From assembly GCA_963716395.1 (NCBI GenBank), contig OY970309.1:2944001-3008000 (forward strand): a stretch of DNA of 64,000 bases. Reading direction: 5' to 3'. This document shows, piece by piece, positions 49,519 to 59,366 of this stretch. The position numbers and the translations under genes were made by a program. The DNA is from an uncultured Fibrobacteria bacterium. Lineage in GTDB: Bacteria; Fibrobacterota; Fibrobacteria; UBA11236. The notes under the pieces are model-generated. The model made no database searches. It was not told where the DNA came from and saw nothing but the letters and a program-made list of their open reading frames with translations. The number at the start of each line of letters is the position of its first letter. Position 1 is the first letter of the stretch.

Positions 49519-51240
49519 ATGTCCCCCTCGGCCGGGACTGCCGGCGCTCCCGACCCCAAGTCCGGAACCGCTTCCGGAGCCCCGTGGTTCGGGCTTCCCA
49601 ACCCTGCGCGCGAATGGCGCCAGGATTTGACGGCGGTGCTGTTTTCGCGCGTGATCATGTTCGGTGTCTTGTACTGGGCCGGCGGCGCCTTTCCCCAAGG
49701 TTCGGCGCCGCTCAGCATTGTCATGGTGTACGGCCTTTCCACCGTCTTGTTTCTGGCCACGTGGGTGTTTTTTCTGCGCAAGCAGGCGACGCCGCCCACG
49801 GGGTTCCTGCTGTTCTTCCAATTTCTGGTCGAGTTATGCGCCGAGACCGTGGTCTTGGTCGCCAGTGGCGGATATGATTCCTATCACGGTTTTCTTTTCC
49901 TTCTCACCATCGTCAGCGGCGGCGTCTTTTTCGGATACTCCGGTGCCTTGGCCCTGGCCGCGTTGGCGTCGTTGATTTTCGGCGCCATCGGTTTTATGCA
50001 TCTGGGCGTGTCGCCGCTGGCCTCGCTCGTCGCCCTGACACCGCTGCCGCTGGCGGAAGTGGAAATCCGGTTTTTCCTCACCACGGTGCTTTTCTTTTTG
50101 CTCGCCTTGCTTTCTTCCGACGGGTCGCGGCGGCTGGGAATGGTCAGACGCGAATTGGCCGGCGCGCGGCAGGCGCTCAATCTGGCGCAGTTCAGCGCCG
50201 AATCCATGATGCAGGATCTCCCCACTGGCATTCTTTTTTTCGACAATGCCGACTGCCTGCGCTACCACAACCGTTTGGCGGAGCAAATCCTCGACAAGGA
50301 TTTGGGGGAAGGGCTGGGAGTCGAAGCCGCGTGGGAGGAAATTTTATCCCCCGAGGCGCTGCACAAACTGATTCTGGAACGCCCGCCATCCGGATACTCA
50401 GAAGTGGAGGTGCTATTCGGCGCGCGCCCCCTGCGCGTGATGTGCAAACCCCTGATGCGCGAAGCCGAATACCTGGGCTGCATTTTCACCGTGTTCGATT
50501 TGACCGAGGAGAAGCGCATGGAACGCCGCCTGATGCGGCAGGAGCGCATGGCGGCCGTGGGGCAGATGTCCGCCCGCATCGCGCATGAAATTCGCAATCC
50601 TCTGGCGAGCATCAGCGGCGCCGCCCAAATGCTGCGCGATTCGCCCGATGTTCAAGGCCCGGACCGAAGGCTGTTCCGTCTGATCGTAAGCGAGTCCAAC
50701 CGGCTCAACCGTTTTCTCAGCGATTTGTTGGAATACGTGCGCGAACGGCCCCCGTCTTTCCGCGAAATCGCGTTGGGGGCTTTATTCCGGCGCGTCATCC
50801 ACTTGCTCGAAAAGGCACCGGCGTTCCAAACCGGCCTTGTCACCTTTGAGGAAAAAGTGGAGAATGGGGACGTTACCGTGGTAACCGATCAGGACCTTTT
50901 GTTGCAAGTGCTGCTGAACGTGGGGCTCAATGCCTTGGAAGCGATGGAAGCCGATGGAGGTCGTTTGATTTTTGCGGCCCGTCGAACCCAGGATGCGGTG
51001 GGCATCGAGGTGATGGATTCCGGTCCGGGTATGGATGCGGGGGTTCTCGCCCGCGCGACCGAACCTTTTTTTACCACAAAATCCCAAGGCACCGGGTTGG
51101 GATTGGCGGTATGCGCCCATACGATGCAATTGCTGGGGGGAAATATTAACTTGACCTCGATTCCGGGAAGCGGCACCACGGTTTCCTTGACCCTACCCGG
51201 CGAATACCAACCAACAGGAAACAACCCCCGTGGAAATTAA
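49519..51240 (+). CDS. PilS-like membrane sensor histidine kinase with PAS domain
   Basis: Multi-TM N-terminus, PAS, AHEIRNPLASI H-box, N box, D.GPG, FFTTK, GTGLGL; follows pilC. Confidence 0.85.
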   Translation: MSPSAGTAGAPDPKSGTASGAPWFGLPNPAREWRQDLTAVLFSRVIMFGVLYWAGGAFPQGSAPLSIVMVYGLSTVLFLATWVFFLRKQATPPTGFLLFFQFLVELCAETVVLVASGGYDSYHGFLFLLTIVSGGVFFGYSGALALAALASLIFGAIGFMHLGVSPLASLVALTPLPLAEVEIRFFLTTVLFFLLALLSSDGSRRLGMVRRELAGARQALNLAQFSAESMMQDLPTGILFFDNADCLRYHNRLAEQILDKDLGEGLGVEAAWEEILSPEALHKLILERPPSGYSEVEVLFGARPLRVMCKPLMREAEYLGCIFTVFDLTEEKRMERRLMRQERMAAVGQMSARIAHEIRNPLASISGAAQMLRDSPDVQGPDRRLFRLIVSESNRLNRFLSDLLEYVRERPPSFREIALGALFRRVIHLLEKAPAFQTGLVTFEEKVENGDVTVVTDQDLLLQVLLNVGLNALEAMEADGGRLIFAARRTQDAVGIEVMDSGPGMDAGVLARATEPFFTTKSQGTGLGLAVCAHTMQLLGGNINLTSIPGSGTTVSLTLPGEYQPTGNNPRGN

Positions 51241-51559
51241 AACCAGGACTTCAGGAAAGTGGCAGATTCTGGACGTCGCCGGGCATATTCGCGGCAGCGA
51301 AGCCTCGCAGTTTCGCGCAGCGGTACAAAAAGCTCTGGAAGCCCGGCAATTGCAACTGGCGGCCAACTTGCGCGATGTCGGTTTCATCGACAGCTCCGGC
51401 GTCGGCATGCTCATCACCTGTCACCAGGACTTGAAAGCCGCTGGCGGCCAGTTGGTTCTGTTGAATCTTTCGGACGATATTTATGATTTGTTCGAGATGA
51501 CTTCCATCGATCGGCTGTTCGAAATCGTGGATGGAGAAGAAGAACTGGCTTCGCGTTGA
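51230..51559 (+). CDS. STAS-domain anti-anti-sigma factor
   Basis: L..V.FIDSSGVG.L with the phosphorylatable Ser; GG.L.L. Confidence 0.9.
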   Translation: MEIKTRTSGKWQILDVAGHIRGSEASQFRAAVQKALEARQLQLAANLRDVGFIDSSGVGMLITCHQDLKAAGGQLVLLNLSDDIYDLFEMTSIDRLFEIVDGEEELASR

Positions 51560-51591
51560 ACTTTTTTAGAAAATCCCCGTGAAAGAAAGGT

Positions 51592-51618
51592 TTAAGTTCG
51601 GTTAGGAAAGGCCGATAT
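51592..51618 (+). promoter_or_regulatory. Sigma-28 (FliA) promoter of flgM
   Basis: TTAAGTTC-N11-GCCGATAT versus consensus TAAAGTTT-N11-GCCGATAA; 19 nt upstream of the flgM ATG. Confidence 0.75.
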
Positions 51619-51637
51619 AAACCATAGGGATTGGACC

Positions 51638-51973
51638 ATGAAAATCGATCGCATATCTGAACTGTTTGGGGTTGATCTCCAAAAAGCCGCGGGAAACACC
51701 AAGGCGACCGATAAGTCCGAAAAGACTTCCAAAACCGATAGCGTCGTACTTTCCAAAAAAGCCAAAGATTTACAGGCGCAATCCAGCGACGCCGCTACGG
51801 TGCTGACCCACCTGCAAAACCTGCCGGATGTACGGCCGGAAAAGGTTCAGGAAGCCAAGGATAAAATCGCCTCCGGGTATTTCGATTCCCCGGAATTCAT
51901 GGATCGGCTGGCCGGCCGGCTTATGAAAGAGTTCGGCTTCCAAACGCCGGACGCCACGGCGCAGGCTTCTTGA
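51638..51973 (+). CDS. flgM: Anti-sigma-28 factor FlgM
   Basis: D.V.LS..A, PDVR.EKV...K..I.SGY C-terminal FlgM motif; sigma-28 promoter upstream. Confidence 0.85.
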   Translation: MKIDRISELFGVDLQKAAGNTKATDKSEKTSKTDSVVLSKKAKDLQAQSSDAATVLTHLQNLPDVRPEKVQEAKDKIASGYFDSPEFMDRLAGRLMKEFGFQTPDATAQAS

Positions 51974-52037
51974 CCGTGCGCTGAATTCACCCAGCGCCGC
52001 TCCGCGGTGTCAATCGGTTCGAAATTTTCGCCCGACT

Positions 52038-53069
52038 TCAGGGCCGGGCCGCAGGGGAATGGCCTTCGCTCCAGCCGAGAATTTGCTCCCCCATTTCCAG
52101 ATAGGGGATATACGCTTCAATGCCGGCTTCGAGGCTTTGAATCGGCTGCGCAAATCCGGCCGCGCGGATTTTTCCCATCTCGGCCTGGGTGAAATACTGG
52201 TAGCGGTCGCGCAAGACCTCGGGCATGGGAATGAAATCGATGCGCGGCTCCCGGCCCATGGCCGCAAAGACGGCCTGCATCATATCGATCCAGGTGCGGG
52301 CTTCCCCCGTCCCCACGTTGTATATCCCGCCCGGCCTATGCGGGTCGAGAAAGTGCAAGGTCATATTCAAGGCGTCGTCGATATGTAAAAAGTCGCGCTT
52401 CTGTTCGCCGTCGCGGTAATCGGGGCGATGGGATTGGAACAAATGCACCGCGCCGGTATCCCGAATCTGGGCATGGGCTTTGGCCACCATGCTTTTCATG
52501 TCGCCTTTGTGGTATTCATTGGGCCCATAGACGTTGAAATACTTCAGGCCGACCGCGAAGGCGAAGACGCCGTTCCTGAGCGCCCACAAATCGAAGAGGT
52601 GCTTGGAATAGCCATAGGCGTTCAACGGCCGCAAATGGGGCAGCAAATCGTGCTGATCCGAGTATCCCTGCGCGCCGTCGCCGTAGGTGGCGGCCGAGGA
52701 AGCGTAGATCAGCCGCACCGGATTTTTCTGCGCGCTGCACCAAAGCGCAAGCTGTTTGGTGTATTCGAAATTGTTCCGCAGCAAATAACCGGCGTCGGCT
52801 TCGGTGGTCGCCGAACAGGCCCCGAGATGAAATACGGCGTCGATGCCGGCCGCCTCGAATTTGCCCGCCAACAGGGCCGGCAGAAAATTTTGCTTCTCCC
52901 AATAATCCGCGAAGCGGAGCGGCACGAGATTGCGCCAGCGCGTATCCGGTCCCAAATCATCGACCAGAATCAGGTTCTCGATTCCCATACGGTTCAGACG
53001 ATACACGAGCGCGCTGCCGATGAATCCGGCGGCGCCGGTGACGACATAACAGGGTGTGGCTGTGGACAT
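52038..53069 (-). CDS. hldD: ADP-L-glycero-D-manno-heptose 6-epimerase
   Basis: VTGAAGFIGS, HLGACS.TTE, YASSAATYG, PLN.YGYSK, YFNVYGPNE.HKG.M, YQYFTQA. Confidence 0.95.
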   Translation of the reverse strand: MSTATPCYVVTGAAGFIGSALVYRLNRMGIENLILVDDLGPDTRWRNLVPLRFADYWEKQNFLPALLAGKFEAAGIDAVFHLGACSATTEADAGYLLRNNFEYTKQLALWCSAQKNPVRLIYASSAATYGDGAQGYSDQHDLLPHLRPLNAYGYSKHLFDLWALRNGVFAFAVGLKYFNVYGPNEYHKGDMKSMVAKAHAQIRDTGAVHLFQSHRPDYRDGEQKRDFLHIDDALNMTLHFLDPHRPGGIYNVGTGEARTWIDMMQAVFAAMGREPRIDFIPMPEVLRDRYQYFTQAEMGKIRAAGFAQPIQSLEAGIEAYIPYLEMGEQILGWSEGHSPAARP

Positions 53070-53125
53070 GGTTCTTCAAAATTATATCCTTTCGCGGAAC
53101 TCGCTCCGGATTTGGAACTGATCGT

Positions 53126-53773
53126 ATGATCAAATCAGAAAAGGCCCGGCGCATCGGCCAAGTGCTGGACCGCTTGTATCCGCATCCCGAAATCCCCCTT
53201 CACCACGACAACCCTTTCACGCTCTGCGTGGCCGTATTGCTTTCGGCGCAGACCACGGATAAGGCCGTGAACAAGGTCACCCCGGAGTTGTTCCGGCGCG
53301 CGCCCACGCCGGCAGCCATGGCGCAGCTTTCGGTCTCCACGATTGCCGCCATGATTCGTACCGTGGGGCTGGCGCCCACTAAAAGTCGCAACCTGCATCG
53401 TCTGGCCCAACTGCTGCTGGAACGTCATGGCGGCCGGGTTCCCGCCGATCTACAAGCTTTGGAAGCATTACCCGGCGTCGGGCATAAAACCGCCTCGGTG
53501 GTCATGGTGCAGGCCTTCGGCATTCCGGCTTTTCCGGTGGATACGCATATCCACCGTTTGGCTGGCCGCTGGAAACTTTCGTCGGGGAAAGACGTCGTGC
53601 AAACCGAAAAGGTTTTAAAACGTCTGTTTCCGCCCGACGAATGGGGCAGGCGCCATTTGCAAATGATTTATTATGGCCGCGAATATTGTCCGGCCCGGGG
53701 GCATGATCCGGCGAAATGCCCTTTGTGCCGGGAATTCGGAGGCAATTCCAAGCGGCCCAATGTCCGGAGATGA
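53126..53773 (+). CDS. nth: Endonuclease III
   Basis: LLSAQTTD..VN, HhH LPGVG.KTA, FPVDTHI.R; start reassigned to 53126. Confidence 0.93.
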   Translation: MIKSEKARRIGQVLDRLYPHPEIPLHHDNPFTLCVAVLLSAQTTDKAVNKVTPELFRRAPTPAAMAQLSVSTIAAMIRTVGLAPTKSRNLHRLAQLLLERHGGRVPADLQALEALPGVGHKTASVVMVQAFGIPAFPVDTHIHRLAGRWKLSSGKDVVQTEKVLKRLFPPDEWGRRHLQMIYYGREYCPARGHDPAKCPLCREFGGNSKRPNVRR

Positions 53774-53798
53774 GATTAGGGTATTTGGGTTTTAAGTT

Positions 53799-56700
53799 TT
53801 GTACGACATGCGACACTTGCGACCATTAGGATTAGGGCGATTCCTGGGCGGGGCGATGTTCTTCGCTCTGCTCTTCGCCGGCCGGGCCGTCGGATTTGAT
53901 CTTTATGAAGTATCGGCGAAGAACCCGCTGGATTCCGTTGCCCTGAAAATCCTGAGCTCTCCCGATGCCGGCTTGCATGTGGTTGCTTTCAACGGCTATC
54001 AAGGCGTCGGCACCTTCGACCTAGAAGGTCTTTCCAACGCCGACACCGTTCAATTCCAACGCGACGCCGTCTCCGATTCGGTGATTGAAGTCGCGGCCGG
54101 TAAGCCTTTCATCACCGTGCGCAATTGGAAAGGGACGCTGCGCCTCCGCAATCTCGCCTTTCACCTCGCTCCGGCGGCGGTCTTGATCGACGGCAACGGA
54201 AGCGGAACGACCGAGCCGGGTACCTTGATTTTGGATTCGTGCCTGATCTTCGCCGATACCCTGGGTTCGAACGCGATGCAGTGGGCGGCCGACACTTCCG
54301 GCGGGCGGCATATCGAAATTAAACGCAGCTATATCGCGGCCGGCCGGGGCGCGGGTGCGCAACTCACCTTGTCGGGGACGACCATCGCGTTTTTCAACAA
54401 CGTTTTGAACTTTTCGGGCGTCTTACAACCCACGGTTTCCAAGAATTTCATCTTTGCCAACAATACGGTGTGCCGCATGCAAATCAACGCCGGCGGATCG
54501 TTTGCCACCGGGCTGTCTCCGACGCAGGGACAGTATTCGGTAATCGGGAATCTGGTGGCTCAGCGGCCGGGGAAGAATTATCTCGGAGCAGGCGCCACCG
54601 CGTCCGATTTCATGGCCTTCACCAATTTCAACGATTCGGGATCGGTGCTGAAGGGCAATGTCATCTACAACCAATGGTCATTTGACTACCCTTCCAATAC
54701 GCGTTTCAGCGCCGATACCAGCAATCACGCCATTTCCGCGTATGCGCAACCCGATACCACCGAGCTGTGGAATTGGGGCTTGACCGGCGACGCCGGGCAT
54801 GGTTTCCTCGCCGGCGATTCGGCGCGGCCCATTCCCTTCAACGTATTTCCCAATGTCACCGACACCGCCCTCACGCTTCCGGACAATACTCCGGCGATCC
54901 TGAGCTTCGACAGTGCGCGCATTCCGCGGACCTTGCGGCCGGCTTTCACCGGGGGCTTATCGCCGGACACGGCGTTTCCCGCCGACCGCTTCGTCTGGTC
55001 AGGAAAACCGGCCTTGACCCTGGGTGGGCCTTTTCAGCTCAAGACGTTGACTTTGGGCGGGCAATCACTTCAAGACGGCAATCCTGTGCTGTTTACCAAC
55101 GGCGGCGCCTCCGGATTCACGGCCCAAGCCGAAGGGGTCATGAACGCCGGTTCGGCGACGGCGGAGTTTACCAACCAAACCGCGGCGGCCACCGCCTTTC
55201 ATGCAGCCTATCGCTGCAATACCTCCCGTGGAACCAATATCGCTCCCACCTATGAAATGGGGTTCACGGCCGGCAGCGATACCTTGAATTTCGGATCGGT
55301 GAGCCGCGCGGGGCGCAGTCTCTGGGCAGCCACCACCATCAATGGTTGGCCGGGCAACATCCGCTCCCTGAACCGCACCATCGGCTATACCACCACGGCG
55401 CTGTTGGCCGCGGGGGCCAAGGTCCTGATCGGCACGCGGCAATTCACCGCGCCCGATCTCCCCGACAGTGTCAAGTACCGCGATGCCACCACCAATGCTT
55501 TGTATCCGGCTCTCGACTCGTCCGGTTGGTTGCTGGCGCGGATTCCGACCTCGTCCTCTTCTTTCGCGGTGTATGCGGTGGAGCATCTTTCGGTGCCGCG
55601 GGGAGATACCTCGACCCTGTTTTCGTTTTCCTGGGGCCAGGTGCGCGCCGTTTCCGATTCGGGGTTTCAACTGCAACTCGATACCGTGTCGAAAAGCCAG
55701 GCCGTCGACACCACCAAATTCGCCTATGGGCAAAAACCCGTGGCCGTCACCTGGCAAGGCAAGGGACCGCATGATTCGATTCAGGCGGTGTTGAACGTCA
55801 CGCCGGATCTGGAATTATGGAAAATTCCGGTCGGCGGAGTTCCGGTGCCAGACACCACGGCCGCACGCAGCGGAAATACCGTACAGATCAATATCGCCGC
55901 CGCGGATTCGGCGGTCGCGTTTTTTTCCGGCCTCAGCCTGAATGTTCCGGCTCCCGTCTTCACCGGCATCGTGAACGGTTTCGAAGTCGACACCTTGCGC
56001 AGTTCCATTTCTTTGCGCCTGACCCTGGGACGCCTGGATACCGCCAATGCCGATACCGTAGCCCCGGTCCGGAACATGCGCTTTCTCGGTGGAGTTTCGA
56101 TCGCCATGCGCCATGCGCATCTCACTTCGTCCTACGCCTTGCGGTTCGCGGTGTCGAAGCCGATGGACGTCGACAGCGCCCAGGCCTGGGTCTACTCCGC
56201 CGGATTGGGGTGGAAAAAAATCAGCGGGCTCGCGTTTTCTTCCGGCCACGACACGGCGCAGGTCGGCGGATTGGATGCGACCATGACCGCCATTCTGGTG
56301 ATGGAGGCCATCGGGCCGCCGGTGGGCATCACGCCCAAGTTCGCGTTTAAAAGTTCGTCGCAGGTCGAGGTTACCAACCAGAGTTCGGCCGGCGGGGCGG
56401 TCACGCAATACCGCGTGGTGACCTACAGCGTCGACGCGCTGGGACATGCCACCACGCAAACCTCGGGGCTCACGCCGCTGGACTCGGCACTGGACCTTTC
56501 CCTCGATACGTTGTCTTATCACGCTTTCACGATTCAGTATTATGTCGGCAATACCCTGGCCGCGGTGCTCGTCCAAGGCGCGCTTCCCGGTTTGACGGTT
56601 TCCAAGTCGGTACAAGACGCCGCGTTTCCGCCCACGCTGCAGCAAGGATGGCAATTGGTTTCTTTGCCGATCAACGACACCTTGCTGCAGAAGGAAATTG

Positions 56701-57878
56701 TGACCGTGAATCCCCTCGATACCGATACGGTGGATACGAAGCATGCCTACCGGCTCAAGGAGGCCGGCAGCATCTACTCCTGGGATACGACGTCCGGTTT
56801 CAATACCGTGACGGTGCATCAAGGGCAAGCAGTGCTGTTTGGCGGCACGCGGATTTACACCTTGCAGCTTACCGCCTCCGTGGCTCCGACCTTGCAGCCC
56901 TTTACTCTGACCGATACGGCCGGCGGCTGGAGGCTGATCGGAAATCCGTTTCCCTTCGCCTTTCCCCTGGCTAAAGTGACCTCCAATCTGGGTGCGTTAA
57001 CCAATTTGGAGCGCCTCACCGCCAGTGGGAAAGCCTCGCAGCGGGCCTACGCCTGGGTGGTGGTGGGCGACAGCGAATCCCTGCAGCCCTTCGGGGGCTA
57101 TGCGTATTTCTTTCAGCCGGGAGAAACGCTGACCTTTGATCCGTTGGCCGCCTCGGCCGCCGCTAAAACGTCGGCCGCCAAAAGCGCGGCGGCCACTCCA
57201 CCCGGCCTGTCGGTGAGCGCCCAAATCCAAGGTGTCGACGTATCGGCCCACCTGTACCCCGCGAGCCGGGGCGACGACATTCCCGTGTTACCGGTTCCGG
57301 GTCTGGCCTATGGCCTGCGTCTGGGTGGAAATCCGGGATGGTGGAGCCAGGGCGTGGAGTGGGGCGGCTTCGAAACGCCGCTGATTCTCACCGCGCCGCA
57401 AGGTGGGATGGCGGACTTGAGTGCCGCGGGAAGCGCGCTGCCGGCCGCCGTGGTGTGGGATTCGCTCTCGGGAGAGGCGTATGACCTTCTCCAACCGCAA
57501 CGCCTCGCGCTGCGTGCGGGAGACAACCGACTCACCTTAATCGGCGGCAGCATCGATTATGTGGCGGCCCGCCTGGGCGCACTGCAATCCATATATTTGG
57601 GAGCCGGTCGGTTCTCGATTTCCGTGCTACCGAATGCCTTGCATTGGCGCTTGGACTTGCCGGCGCGATCGGGCGGATACGATTGGGTGACCCTGTCGCT
57701 GCAAGACATCCAAGGTCGCAGGATTCGGGAAACCGTATTCGGTCGGACCGCCGCGGGAACTTTGCAAGGCGATTGGGATCTCCGCAATTTGCACGGTGGC
57801 ATTTATATCAGCCGCGTGCAGGCCGGCGCGGGCGGCGGCGTCGTCTTCAGGGCCAGCCAGAAGGAGGCGGCGCCATGA
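53799..57878 (+). CDS. Large secreted/surface protein (possible beta-helix N-region) with T9SS-like CTD
   Basis: Signal peptide; Ser/Thr/Ala-rich beta repeats; GWQLVSLP and GWRLIGNPF motifs; C-terminal L.DIQGRRI...WD...GGIY..R; start may be 53808 or 53856. Confidence 0.7.
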   Translation: MYDMRHLRPLGLGRFLGGAMFFALLFAGRAVGFDLYEVSAKNPLDSVALKILSSPDAGLHVVAFNGYQGVGTFDLEGLSNADTVQFQRDAVSDSVIEVAAGKPFITVRNWKGTLRLRNLAFHLAPAAVLIDGNGSGTTEPGTLILDSCLIFADTLGSNAMQWAADTSGGRHIEIKRSYIAAGRGAGAQLTLSGTTIAFFNNVLNFSGVLQPTVSKNFIFANNTVCRMQINAGGSFATGLSPTQGQYSVIGNLVAQRPGKNYLGAGATASDFMAFTNFNDSGSVLKGNVIYNQWSFDYPSNTRFSADTSNHAISAYAQPDTTELWNWGLTGDAGHGFLAGDSARPIPFNVFPNVTDTALTLPDNTPAILSFDSARIPRTLRPAFTGGLSPDTAFPADRFVWSGKPALTLGGPFQLKTLTLGGQSLQDGNPVLFTNGGASGFTAQAEGVMNAGSATAEFTNQTAAATAFHAAYRCNTSRGTNIAPTYEMGFTAGSDTLNFGSVSRAGRSLWAATTINGWPGNIRSLNRTIGYTTTALLAAGAKVLIGTRQFTAPDLPDSVKYRDATTNALYPALDSSGWLLARIPTSSSSFAVYAVEHLSVPRGDTSTLFSFSWGQVRAVSDSGFQLQLDTVSKSQAVDTTKFAYGQKPVAVTWQGKGPHDSIQAVLNVTPDLELWKIPVGGVPVPDTTAARSGNTVQINIAAADSAVAFFSGLSLNVPAPVFTGIVNGFEVDTLRSSISLRLTLGRLDTANADTVAPVRNMRFLGGVSIAMRHAHLTSSYALRFAVSKPMDVDSAQAWVYSAGLGWKKISGLAFSSGHDTAQVGGLDATMTAILVMEAIGPPVGITPKFAFKSSSQVEVTNQSSAGGAVTQYRVVTYSVDALGHATTQTSGLTPLDSALDLSLDTLSYHAFTIQYYVGNTLAAVLVQGALPGLTVSKSVQDAAFPPTLQQGWQLVSLPINDTLLQKEIVTVNPLDTDTVDTKHAYRLKEAGSIYSWDTTSGFNTVTVHQGQAVLFGGTRIYTLQLTASVAPTLQPFTLTDTAGGWRLIGNPFPFAFPLAKVTSNLGALTNLERLTASGKASQRAYAWVVVGDSESLQPFGGYAYFFQPGETLTFDPLAASAAAKTSAAKSAAATPPGLSVSAQIQGVDVSAHLYPASRGDDIPVLPVPGLAYGLRLGGNPGWWSQGVEWGGFETPLILTAPQGGMADLSAAGSALPAAVVWDSLSGEAYDLLQPQRLALRAGDNRLTLIGGSIDYVAARLGALQSIYLGAGRFSISVLPNALHWRLDLPARSGGYDWVTLSLQDIQGRRIRETVFGRTAAGTLQGDWDLRNLHGGIYISRVQAGAGGGVVFRASQKEAAP

Positions 57879-58720
57879 AATACCTACGGCTTCTCGCGCT
57901 CGGAGTGCTGGTTGCCTCGGCGTGGGGGCAAAGCTGTTCTGAAGGCAGCGGCGATTGGGCGATTTTACCCCCGAAAATCGGGTCGCCGAACAATTCCAAA
58001 ACCATGCCCTATGCCCTGCATTGTGACACGATGTTCGTACCCAAAGGCCACACCACCGTGGTCTATCCCGGAGTGTTGCTCTATTTCGCCTTGCCGGAAG
58101 CCACGCACCTAATCCGTGTGCAAGGCACCTTGGAGTTGCAGGGCTCCAAAGACAATTATGTGTCTTCGGCTGGAGGTTTGGACCCGATGCAGGCGGCCCC
58201 CGCGCCGTCAAAAACCACGAGTTGGGCCGGCATTCTCGTCGACCCCGAGGGGAAACTCGTCACCCGTTTCGCGGGGTTTTACGGCGCGGCCACTCCCATC
58301 ACGGCCTTTTCCAATGCAGTTAAAATCGTGAATACCTTTTTCACCGGCGGAACCGGCATCATCAAACCCGACGGAACTTTATACGGTTTGAATCCGCAAT
58401 TCACCGCCATTAACGCCTTGGATTTCTCCGCATCCTCGCCGGAGCAGGCCTTGGCGGCGCCGGATTCTGCCAATCCATCCGCCGCACCGGCCGACACTTT
58501 GACGGCCGCGGAAAAAGCGGCCCTGTTCAAATCTCAACAGGGGGGATTTTGGAGTCACCCTTTGACGTGGGTGGTCGGCGGGGGTGTGCTGTTGGCTTCG
58601 GGTGCCATCGGCTATTACGCCTTAAAGCCGGCGAAAACTCCCGCCATGAATACTACACCACCCGCGAACAACACCCCCGCCACCGTAAGCATGGACCCGT
58701 TGCCCGCGACCGTACCTTAA
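57875..58720 (+). CDS. Secreted protein with beta-helix-like domain and C-terminal TM anchor
   Basis: ATGA overlap with the upstream gene, AGGAGG SD, signal peptide MKYLRLLALGVLVASAWG, I.V.GTL..QG...WAGI motif, TM WVVGGGVLLASGAIGYY. Confidence 0.7.
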   Translation: MKYLRLLALGVLVASAWGQSCSEGSGDWAILPPKIGSPNNSKTMPYALHCDTMFVPKGHTTVVYPGVLLYFALPEATHLIRVQGTLELQGSKDNYVSSAGGLDPMQAAPAPSKTTSWAGILVDPEGKLVTRFAGFYGAATPITAFSNAVKIVNTFFTGGTGIIKPDGTLYGLNPQFTAINALDFSASSPEQALAAPDSANPSAAPADTLTAAEKAALFKSQQGGFWSHPLTWVVGGGVLLASGAIGYYALKPAKTPAMNTTPPANNTPATVSMDPLPATVP

Positions 58721-58742
58721 TCCCGCGCCGCCTGGTTCGGCG

Positions 58743-59366
58743 TTAATTTCCCAGGCGCAGTTTTTTTAAGGCATCGCGCAGGCGCATGGCCTCTTCGTAA
58801 TTCTCTTCGTTCACGGCTTTTTCCAGTGCCTGTTGTAATTGTTCGATGGGCGAGAGTGGTGCCGCACCGCTTTCGGCTTTTTCCTCCGGCGCAACCGAGG
58901 GAAACTCTTCGGTGGCGGTTTCTTTGCTCTCCGGTTTCAGAAAGGGCACCGAGGCCGCGGCAAACACGCGCCGGCTCAGAAAAATGGGAGCCTCGAAGCG
59001 CAAGGCCAACGCCATGGCATCGGAAGGGCGGGCATCGAATTCCAATTCTTCCACCTGGGACTTGCTGACATAAACGCGGCCGTAAAAAGTGTTGTCCTGC
59101 AAATCGGTGACTTCGATGCGCGTCACCGCCGCGTCCAAAGCGTCGAGCATGGATTTTAGCAAGTCATGAGTCAGCGGCCGGGGTGAGGCCTGATGGTTCA
59201 AGGCCAAGGCAATGGATTGGGCTTCGTTGGGGCCGATGAAAATGGGCAAGACGCGTTGGGAATCTTCGCCGCGCAAGAACACGATGAACCCCATATTGGT
59301 GATGGAAACGCTGTCGATATGCGCCTCGAAAAAATCGTCGGGATTTTCTTCGGCGGGTTCGCTCAT
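58743..59366 (-). CDS. Bifunctional nuclease family protein (DUF151) with UVR domain
   Basis: LPIFIG..EA..I, RPLTHDL, DARPSDA.ALA.R; C-terminal L..AV..E.YE.A..LRD; start at 59366. Confidence 0.9.
   Translation of the reverse strand: MSEPAEENPDDFFEAHIDSVSITNMGFIVFLRGEDSQRVLPIFIGPNEAQSIALALNHQASPRPLTHDLLKSMLDALDAAVTRIEVTDLQDNTFYGRVYVSKSQVEELEFDARPSDAMALALRFEAPIFLSRRVFAAASVPFLKPESKETATEEFPSVAPEEKAESGAAPLSPIEQLQQALEKAVNEENYEEAMRLRDALKKLRLGN

Noticed and set aside
53680-53730. Nth C-terminus with only three Cys (CPARGHDPAKCPLC)
   Set aside because: Reduced Fe-S motifs are a known variation among endonuclease III homologs, and the catalytic Lys/Asp motifs are intact
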